From Eledone cirrhosa (lineage: Eukaryota): a DNA stretch of 64,000 bases. The first letter of the stretch is position 1. Every line of letters starts with the position of its first letter. The DNA lies in assembly GCA_964016885.1 (NCBI GenBank), contig OZ024744.1, forward strand, positions 92,256,001 through 92,320,000, read 5' to 3'. The notes beneath the pieces were generated by a model that was not told the DNA's origin, ran no database searches, and saw nothing but the letters and a program-made list of their open reading frames with translations. Both the position numbers and the translations under genes were made by a program. Positions 1-10,900 of the stretch are shown here, piece by piece.

Positions 1-27
1 TGGGGCACTGCATTCTTTTACTAGTTT

Positions 28-41
28 CAGTCATTGGACTG
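28..41. other. Per-monomer inverted repeat CAGTC-ATT[A/G]-GACTG (5-bp stem, 4-nt loop); first copy shown
   Basis: GACTG is the reverse complement of CAGTC. The motif is present in most monomers, and the A/G dimorphic site lies in the loop. Confidence 0.9.
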
Positions 42-1089
42 TGGCCATGCTGGGGCACTGCATTCTTTTACTGGTTCCAGTCATTGGACTGTGGCCATGC
101 TGGGGCACTGCATTCTTTTACTAGTTTCAGTCATTGGACTGTGGCCATGCTGGGGCACTGCATTCTTTTACTGGTTCCAGTCATTGGACTGTGGCCATGC
201 TGGGGCACTGCATTCTTCTACTGGTTTCAGTCATTAGACTGTGGCCATGCTGGAGCACTGCCTTCTTTTACTGGTTTCAGTCATTAGACTGTGGCCATGC
301 TGGGGCACTGCATTCTTTTACTGGTTTCAGTCATTAGACTGTGGCCATGCTGGGGCACTGCATTCTTTTAGTGGTTTCAGTCATTGGACTGTGGCCATGC
401 TGGGGCACTGCATTCTTTTACTGGTTTCAGTCATTGGACTGTGGCCATGCTGGGGCACTGCATTCTTTTACTGGTTTCAGTCATTAGACTGTGGCCATGC
501 TGGGGCACTGCATTCTTTTACTGGTTTCAGTCATTGGACTGTGGCCATGCTGGGGCACTGCATTCTTTTACTGGTTTCAGTCATTGGACTGTGGCCATGC
601 TGGGGCACTGCATTCTTTTACTGGTTTCAGTCATTGGACTGTGGCCATGCTGGGGCACTGCATTCTTTTACTGGTTTCAGTCATTAGACTGTGGCCATGC
701 TGGAGCACTGCCTTCTTTTAGTGGTTTCAGTCATTAGACTGTGGCCATGCTGGGGCACTGCATTCTTTTACTGGTTTCAGTCATTAGACTGTGGCCATGC
801 TGGGGCACTGCATTCTTTTACTGGTTTCAGTCATTGGACTGTGGCCATGCTGGGGCACTGCATTCTTTTACTGGTTTCAGTCATTGGACTGTGGCCATGC
901 TGGGGCACTGCATTCTTTTACTGGTTTCAGTCATTGGACTGTGGCCATGCTGGGGCACTGCCTTCTTTTACTGGTTTCAGTCATTAGACTGTGGCCATGC
1001 TGGGGCACTGCATTCTTTTACTGGTATCAGTCATTGGACTGTGGCCATGCTGGTGCACTGCCTTCTTTTACTGGTTTCAGTCATTAGAC

Positions 1090-4000
1090 TGTGGCCATGG
1101 TGGGGCACTGCATTCTTTTACTGGTTTCAGTCATTAGACTCTGGCCATGTTGGGGCACTGCATTCTTTTACTGGTTTCAGTCATTGGACTGTGGCCATGC
1201 TGGGACACTGCCTTCTTTTACTGGTTTCTGTCATTAGACTGTGGCCATGCTGGGGCACTGCATTATTTCACTGGTTTCTGTCATTAGACTGTGGCCATAC
1301 TGGGGCACTGCCTTCTTTTACTGGTTTCAGTCATTAGACTGTTGCCATGCTGGGGCACTGCATTCTTTTACTGGTTTCAGTCATTGGAATGTGGCCATGC
1401 TGGGGCACTGCTTCTTTTACTGGTTTCAGTCATTAGACTGTGGCCATGCTGGGGCACTGCATTCTTTTACTGGTATCAGTCATTGGACTGTGGCCATGCT
1501 GGGGCACTGCATTCTTCTACTGGTTTCAGTCATTGGATAGTGGCCATGCTGGGGCACTGCCTTCTTTTACTGGTTTCAGTCATTGGACTGTGGCCATGCT
1601 GGGGCACTGCATTCTTTTACTGGTTTCAGTCATTAGACTGTGGCCATGCTGGGGCACTGCCTTCTTTTACTGGTTTCAGTCATTAGACTGTGGCCATGCT
1701 GGAGCACTGCTTCTTTTACTGGTTTCAGTCATTGGACTGTGGCCATGCTGGGGCACTTTCTTCTTTTACTGGTTTCAGTCATTAGACTGTGGCCATGCTG
1801 GGGCACTGCCTTCTTTTACTGGTTTCAGTCATTAGACTGTGGCCATGCTGGAGCACTGCTTCTTTTACTGGTTTCAGTCATTGGACTGTGGCCATGCTGG
1901 GGCACTTTCTTCTTTTACTGGTTTCAGTCATTAGACTGTGGCCATGCTGGGGCACTACATTCTTTTACTGGTTTCAGTCATTAAACTGTGGCCATGCTGG
2001 GGCACTGCCTTCTTTTACTGGTTTCAGTCATTAGACTGTGGCCATGCTGGGGCACTGCCTTCTTTTACTGGTTTCAGTCATTAGACTCTGGCCATGCTGG
2101 GGCACTGCCTTCTTTTACTGGTTTCAGTCATTGGACTGTGGCCATGCTGGGGCACTGCCTTCTTTTACTGGTTTCAGTCATTGGACTGTGGCCATGCTGG
2201 GGCACTGCTTCTTTTACTGGTTTCAGTCATTGGACTGTGGTCATGCTGGGGCACTTTCTTCTTTTACTGGTTTCAGTCATTAGACTGTGGCCATGCTGGG
2301 GCACTACATTCTTTTACTGGTTTCAGTCATTAAACTGTGGCCATGCTGGGGCACTGCCTTCTTTTACTGGTTTCAGTCATTAGACTGTGGCCATGCTGGG
2401 GCACTGCCTTCTTTTACTGGTTTCAGTCATTAGACTGTGGCCATGCTGGGGCACTGCCTTCTTTTACTGGTTTCAGTCATTGGACTGTGGCCATGCTGTG
2501 GCACTGCCTTCTTTTACTGGTTTCTGTCATTAGACTGTGGCCATGCTGGGGCACTGCCTTCTTTTACTGGTTTCAGTCATTGGACTGTGGCCATGCTGGG
2601 GCACTGCCTTCTTTTACTGGTTTCAGTCATTGGACTGTGGCCATGCTGGGGCACTGCTTCTTTTACTGGTTTCAGTCATTGGACTGTGGCCATGCTGTGG
2701 CACTGACTTCTTTTACTGGTTTCTGTCATTAGACTGTGGCCATGCTGGGGCACTGCCTTCTTTTACTGGTTTCAGACATTAGACTGTGGCTATGCTGGGG
2801 CACTGCCTTCTTTTACTGGTTTCTGTCATTAGACTGTGGCCATGCTGGGGCACTGCCTTCTTTTACTGGTTTCAGTCATTGGACTGTGGCCATGCTGGGG
2901 CACTGCCTTCTTTTACTGGTTTCAGTCATTAGACTGTGGCCATGCTGGGGCACTGCCTTCTTTTACTGGTTTCAGTCATTGGACTGTGGTCATGCTGGGG
3001 CACTGCCTTCTTTTACTTGTTTCAGTTATTAGACTGTGGCCATGATGGGGCACTGCGTTCTTTTACCGGTTTCAGTCATTGGACTGTGGCCATGCTGGGG
3101 CACTGTCTTCGTTTACTGGTTTCAGTCATTAGACTGTGGCCATGCTGGGGCACTGCCTTCTTTTACTGGTTTCAGTCATTGGACTGTGGCCATGCTGTGG
3201 CACTGCATTCTTTTACTGGTTTCAGTTATTAGACTGTGGCCATGCTGGGGCACTGCATTCTTTTACTGGTTTCAGGCATTAGACTGTGGCCATGCTGGGG
3301 CACTGTCTTCTTTTACTGGTTTCAGTCATTAGACTGTGGCCATGCTGGGGCACTGCATTCTTTTACTGGTTTCAGTTATTAGACTATGACCATGCTGGGG
3401 CACTGCTTCTTTTACTGGTTTCAGTCATTGGACTGTGGCCATGCTGGGGCACTGCCTTCTTTTACTGGTTTCAGTCATTACCACTGTGGCCATGCTGTGG
3501 CACTGCATTATTTCACTGGTTTCTGTCATTAGACTGTGGCCATACTGGGGCACTGCCTTCTTTTACTGGTTTCAGTCATTAGACTGTTGCCATGCTGGGG
3601 CACTGCATTCTTTTACTGGTTTCAGTCATTGGAATGTGGCCATGCTGGGGCACTGCTTCTTTTACTGGTTTCAGTCATTAGACTGTGGCCATGCTGGGGC
3701 ACTGCATTCTTTTACTGGTATCAGTCATTGGACTGTGGCCATGCTGGGGCACTGCATTCTTTTACTGGTTTCAGTTATTAGACTGTGGCCATGCTGGGGC
3801 ACTGCATTCTTTTACTGGTTTCAGGCATTAGACTGTGGCCATGCTGGGGCACTGTCTTCTTTTACTGGTTTCAGTCATTAGACTGTGGCCATGGTGGGGC
3901 ACTGCATTCTTTTACTGGTTTCAGTCATTAGACTCTGGCCATGTTGGGGCACTGCATTCTTTTACTGGTTTCAGTCATTGGACTGTGGCCATGCTGGGAC

Positions 4001-7000
4001 ACTGCCTTCTTTTACTGGTTTCTGTCATTAGACTGTGGCCATGCTGGGGCACTGCATTATTTCACTGGTTTCTGTCATTAGACTGTGGCCATACTGGGGC
4101 ACTGCCTTCTTTTACTGGTTTCAGTCATTAGACTGTTGCCATGCTGGGGCACTGCATTCTTTTACTGGTTTCAGTCATTGGAATGTGGCCATGCTGGGGC
4201 ACTGCTTCTTTTACTGGTTTCAGTCATTAGACTGTGGCCATGCTGGGGCACTGCATTCTTTTACTGGTATCAGTCATTGGACTGTGGCCATGCTGGGGCA
4301 CTGCATTCTTCTACTGGTTTCAGTCATTGGATAGTGGCCATGCTGGGGCACTGCCTTCTTTTACTGGTTTCAGTCATTGGACTGTGGCCATGCTGGGGCA
4401 CTGCATTCTTTTACTGGTTTCAGTCATTAGACTGTGGCCATGCTGGGGCACTGCCTTCTTTTACTGGTTTCAGTCATTAGACTGTGGCCATGCTGGAGCA
4501 CTGCTTCTTTTACTGGTTTCAGTCATTGGACTGTGGCCATGCTGGGGCACTTTCTTCTTTTACTGGTTTCAGTCATTAGACTGTGGCCATGCTGGGGCAC
4601 TGCCTTCTTTTACTGGTTTCAGTCATTAGACTGTGGCCATGCTGGAGCACTGCTTCTTTTACTGGTTTCAGTCATTGGACTGTGGCCATGCTGGGGCACT
4701 TTCTTCTTTTACTGGTTTCAGTCATTAGACTGTGGCCATGCTGGGGCACTACATTCTTTTACTGGTTTCAGTCATTAAACTGTGGCCATGCTGGGGCACT
4801 GCCTTCTTTTACTGGTTTCAGTCATTAGACTGTGGCCATGCTGGGGCACTGCCTTCTTTTACTGGTTTCAGTCATTAGACTGTGGCTATGCTGGGGCACT
4901 GCCTTCTTTTACTGGTTTCAGTCATTAAACTGTGGCCATGCTGGGGGACGGTCTTCTTTTACTGGTTTCAGTCATTAGACTGTGGCCATGCTGGGGCACT
5001 GCATTCTTGTACTGGTTTCCGTCATTAGACTGTGGCCATGCTGGGGCACTGCATTCTTTTACTGGTTTCAGTCATTAGACTGTGGCCATGCTGGGGCACT
5101 GCCTTCTTTTACTGGTTTCAGTCATTAAACTGTGGCCATGCTGGGGGACGGTCTTCTTTTACTGGTTTCAGTCATTAGAATGTGACCATGCTGGAGCACT
5201 GCTTTCTTTTACTGGTTTCAGTCATTGGACTGTGGCCATACTGGGGCACTGCATTCTTTTACTGGTTTCAGTCATTAGACTGTGGCCATGCTGGGGCACT
5301 GCCTTCTTTTACTGGTTTCAGTCATTGGACTGTGGCCATGCTGGGGCACTGCCTTCTTTTACTGGTTTTACTCATTAGACTGTGGCCATGCTGGGGCACT
5401 GCTTCTTTTACTTGTTTCAGTCATTAGACTGTGGCCATGCTGGGGCACTGCATTCTTTTACTGGTTAGTCATTAGACTGTGGTCATGCTGGGGCACTGCC
5501 TTCTTTTACTGGTTTCAGTCATTGGACTGTGGCCATGCTGGGGCACTGCATTCTTTTACTGGTTTCAGTCATTAGACTGTGGCCATGCTGGAGCACTGCT
5601 TCTTTTACTGGTTTCAGTCATTAGACTGTGGCCATGCTGGGGCACTGCCTTCTTTTACTGGTTTCACCATTAGACTGTGGCCATGCTGGGGCACTGCCTT
5701 CTTTTACTGGTTTCAGTCATTACACTGTGACCATGCTGGGGCACGGCCTTCTTTTACTGGTTTCAGTCATTAGACTGTGGCCATGCTGGGGCACTGCATT
5801 CTTTTACTGGTTTCAGTTATTAGACTATGACCATGCTGGGGCACTGCTTCTTTTACTGGTTTCAGTCATTGGACTGTGGCCATGCTGGGGCACTGCCTTC
5901 TTTTACAGGTTTCAGTCATTACACTGTGGCCATGCTGTGGCACTGCATTCTTTTACTGGTTTCAGTTATTAGACTGTGGCCATGCTGGGGCACTGCATTC
6001 TTTTACTGGTTTCAGGCATTAGACTGTGGCCATGCTGGGGCACTGCCTTCTTTTACTGGTTTCAGTCATTAGACTGTGGCCATGCTGGAGCACTGCTTCT
6101 TTTACTGGTTTCAGTCATTGGACTGTGGCCATGCTGGGGCACTGCATTCTTTTACTGGTTTCAGTCATTAGACTGTGGCCATGCTGGAGCACTGCTTCTT
6201 TTACTGGTTTCAGTCATTAGACTGTGGCCATGCTGGGGCACTGCCTTCTTTTACTGGTTTCAGTCATTAGACTGTGGCCATGCTGGGGCACTGCATTCTT
6301 TTACTTGTATCAGTCATTGGACTGTGGCCATGCTGGGGCACTGCCTTCTTTTACTGGTTTCAGTCATTAGACTGTGGCCATGGTGGGGCACTGCATTCTT
6401 TTACTGGTTTCAGTCATTAGACTCTGGCCATGTTGGGGCACTGCATTCTTTTACTGGTTTCAGTCATTGGACTGTGGCCATGCTGGGACACTGCCTTCTT
6501 TTACTGGTTTCTGTCATTAGACTGTGGCCATGCTGGGGCACTGCATTATTTCACTGGTTTCTGTCATTAGACTGTGGCCATACTGGGGCACTGCCTTCTT
6601 TTACTGGTTTCAGTCATTAGACTGTTGCCATGCTGGGGCACTGCATTCTTTTACTGGTTTCAGTCATTGGAATGTGGCCATGCTGGGGCACTGCTTCTTT
6701 TACTGGTTTCAGTCATTAGACTGTGGCCATGCTGGGGCACTGCATTCTTTTACTGGTATCAGTCATTGGACTGTGGCCATGCTGGGGCACTGCATTCTTC
6801 TACTGGTTTCAGTCATTGGATAGTGGCCATGCTGGGGCACTGCCTTCTTTTACTGGTTTCAGTCATTGGACTGTGGCCATGCTGGGGCACTGCATTCTTT
6901 TACTGGTTTCAGTCATTAGACTGTGGCCATGCTGGGGCACTGCCTTCTTTTACTGGTTTCAGTCATTAGACTGTGGCCATGCTGGAGCACTGCTTCTTTT

Positions 7001-10000
7001 ACTGGTTTCAGTCATTGGACTGTGGCCATGCTGGGGCACTTTCTTCTTTTACTGGTTTCAGTCATTAGACTGTGGCCATGCTGGGGCACTGCCTTCTTTT
7101 ACTGGTTTCAGTCATTAGACTGTGGCCATGCTGGAGCACTGCTTCTTTTACTGGTTTCAGTCATTGGACTGTGGCCATGCTGGGGCACTTTCTTCTTTTA
7201 CTGGTTTCAGTCATTAGACTGTGGCCATGCTGGGGCACTACATTCTTTTACTGGTTTCAGTCATTAAACTGTGGCCATGCTGGGGCACTGCCTTCTTTTA
7301 CTGGTTTCAGTCATTAGACTGTGGCCATGCTGGGGCACTGCCTTCTTTTACTGGTTTCAGTCATTAGACTGTGGCCATGCTGGGGCACTGCCTTCTTTTA
7401 CTGGTTTCAGTCATTGGACTGTGGCCATGCTGGGGCACTGCCTTCTTTTACTGGTTTCAGTCATTGGACTGTGGCCATGCTGGGGCACTGCTTCTTTTAC
7501 TGGTTTCAGTCATTGGACTGTGGCCATGCTGGGGCACTTTCTTCTTTTACTGGTTTCAGTCATTAGACTGTGGCCATGCTGGGGCACTACATTCTTTTAC
7601 TGGTTTCAGTCATTAAACTGTGGCCATGCTGGGGCACTGCCTTCTTTTACTGGTTTCAGTCATTAGACTGTGGCCATGCTGGGGCACTGCCTTCTTTTAC
7701 TGGTTTCTGTCATTAGACTGTGGCCATGCTGGGGCACTGCCTTCTTTTACTGGTTTCAGTCATTGGACTGTGGCCATGCTGGGACACTGCCTTCTTTTAC
7801 TGGTTTCAGTCATTGGACTGTGGCCATGCTGGGGCACTGCTTCTTTTACTGGTTTCAGTCATTGGACTGTGGCCATGCTGTGGCACTGCCTTCTTTTACT
7901 GGTTTCTGTCACTAGACTGTGGCCATGCTGGGGCACTGCCTTCTTTTACTGGTTTCAGACATTAGACTGTGGCTATGCTGGGGCACTGCCTTCTTTTACT
8001 GGTTTCTGTCATTAGACTGTGGCCATGCTGGGGCACTGCCTTCTTTTATTGGTTTCAGTCATTGGACTGTGGCCATGCTGGGGCACTGCATTCTTTTACT
8101 GGTTTCAGTCATTGGACTGTGGCCATGCTGGGGCACTGCATTCTTTTACTGGTTTCAGTCATTGGAGGGTGGCCATGCTGGGGCACTGCCTTCTTTTGCT
8201 GGTTTCAGTCATTAGACTGTGGCCATGCTGGGGCACTGCCTTCTTTTACTGGTTTCAGTCATTGGACTGTGGTCATGCTGGGGCACTGCCTTCTTTTACT
8301 TGTTTCAGTTATTAGACTGTGGCCATGATGGGGCACTGCGTTCTTTTACCGGTTTCAGTCATTTGACTGTGGCCATGCTGGGGCACTGTCTTCGTTTACT
8401 GGTTTCAGTCATTAGACTGTGGCCATGCTGGGGCACTGCCTTCTTTTACTGGTTTCAGTCATTGGACTGTGGCCATGCTGTGGCACTGCATTCTTTTACT
8501 GGTTTCAGTTATTAGACTGTGGCCATGCTGGGGCACTGCATTCTTTTACTGGTTTCAGGCATTAGACTGTGGCCATGCTGGGGCACTGTCTTCTTTTACT
8601 GGTTTCAGTCATTAGACTGTGGCCATGCTGGGGCACTGCATTCTTTTACTGGTTTCAGTTATTAGACTATGACCATGCTGGGGCACTGCTTCTTTTACTG
8701 GTTTCAGTCATTGGACTGTGGCCATGCTGGGGCACTGCCTTCTTTTACTGGTTTCAGTCATTACCACTGTGGCCATGCTGTGGCACTGCATTCTTTTACT
8801 GGTTTCAGTTATTAGACTGTGGCCATGCTGGGGCACTGCATTCTTTTACTGGTTTCAGGCATTAGACTGTGGCCATGCTGGGGCACTGCCTTCTTTTACT
8901 GGTTTCAGTCATTAGACTGTGGCCATGCTGGAGCACTGCTTCTTTTACTGGTTTCAGTCATTGGACTGTGGCCATGCTGGGGCACTGCATTCTTTTACTG
9001 GTTTCAGTCATTAGACTGTGGCCATGCTGGAGCACTGCTTCTTTTACTGGTTTCAGTCATTAGACTGTGGCCATGCTGGGGCACTGCCTTCTTTTACTGG
9101 TTTCAGTCATTAGACTGTGGCCATGCTGGGGCACTGCATTCTTTTACTGGTATCAGTCATTGGACTGTGGCCATGCTGGGGCACTGCCTTCTTTTACTGG
9201 TTTCAGTCATTAGACTGTGGCCATGGTGGGGCACTGCATTCTTTTACTGGTTTCAGTCATTAGACTCTGGCCATGTTGGGGCACTGCATTCTTTTACTGG
9301 TTTCAGTCATTGGACTGTGGCCATGCTGGGACACTGCCTTCTTTTACTGGTTTCTGTCATTAGACTGTGGCCATGCTGGGGCACTGCATTATTTCACTGG
9401 TTTCTGTCATTAGACTGTGGCCATACTGGGGCACTGCCTTCTTTTACTGGTTTCAGTCATTAGACTGTTGCCATGCTGGGGCACTGCATTCTTTTACTGG
9501 TTTCAGTCATTGGAATGTGGCCATGCTGGGGCACTGCTTCTTTTACTGGTTTCAGTCATTAGACTGTGGCCATGCTGGGGCACTGCATTCTTTTACTGGT
9601 ATCAGTCATTGGACTGTGGCCATGCTGGGGCACTGCATTCTTCTACTGGTTTCAGTCATTGGATAGTGGCCATGCTGGGGCACTGCCTTCTTTTACTGGT
9701 TTCAGTCATTGGACTGTGGCCATGCTGGGGCACTGCATTCTTCTACTGGTTTCAGTCATTAGACTGTGGCCATGCTGGGGCACTGCCTTCTTTTACTGGT
9801 TTCAGTCATTAGACTGTGGCCATGCTGGAGCACTGCTTCTTTTACTGGTTTCAGTCATTGGACTGTGGCCATGCTGGGGCACTTTCTTCTTTTACTGGTT
9901 TCAGTCATTAGACTGTGGCCATGCTGGGGCACTGCCTTCTTTTACTGGTTTCAGTCATTAGACTGTGGCCATGCTGGAGCACTGCTTCTTTTACTGGTTT

Positions 10001-10900
10001 CAGTCATTGGACTGTGGCCATGCTGGGGCACTTTCTTCTTTTACTGGTTTCAGTCATTAGACTGTGGCCATGCTGGGGCACTACATTCTTTTACTGGTTT
10101 CAGTCATTAAACTGTGGCCATGCTGGGGCACTGCCTTCTTTTACTGGTTTCAGTCATTAGACTGTGGCCATGCTGGGGCACTGCCTTCTTTTACTGGTTT
10201 CAGTCATTAGACTGTGGCCATGCTGGGGCACTGCCTTCTTTTGCTGGTTTCAGTCATTAAACTGTGGCCGTGCTGGGGGACGGTCTTCTTTTACTGGTTT
10301 CAGTCATTAGACTGTGGCCATGCTGGGGCACTGCATTCTTGTACTGGTTTCCGTCATTAGACTGTGGCCATGCTGGGGCACTGCATTCTTTTACTGGTTT
10401 CAGTCATTAGACTGTGGCCATGCTGGGGCACTGCCTTCTTTTACTGGTTTCAGTCATTGGACTGTGGCCATGCTGGGGCACTGCCTTCTTTTACTGGTTT
10501 CACTCATTAGACTGTGGCCATGCTGGGGCACTGCTTCTTTTACTTGTTTCAGTCATTAGACTGTGGCCATGCTGGGGCACTGCATTCTTTTACTGGTTAG
10601 TCATTAGACTGTGGTCATGCTGGGGCACTGCCTTCTTTTACTGGTTTCAGTCATTGGACTGTGGCCATGCTGGGGCACTGCATTCTTTTACTGGTTTCAG
10701 TCATTAGACTGTGGCCATGCTGGAGCACTGCTTCTTTTACTGGTTTCAGTCATTAGACTGTGGCCATGCTGGGGCACTGCCTTCTTTTACTGGTTTCAGC
10801 CATTAGACTGTGGCCATGCTGGGGCACTGCCTTCTTTTACTGGTTTCAGTCATTACACTGTGACCATGCTGGGGCACGGCCTTCTTTTACTGGTTTCAGT
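1090..10900. repeat. Left-domain higher-order duplication, period ~5.1-5.3 kb with a ~2.5-2.8 kb sub-period
   Basis: Private variants recur at offset 5283 (TTACCACTG insertion at ~3481/8764; identical ORFs 1241/6524, near-identical ORFs 2936/8219) and offset 5132 (2-bp deletion CTGGTTAGTC at ~5461/10593). A ~0.95-kb cassette recurs at ~1090, 3885, 6374 and 9217. Confidence 0.9.
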
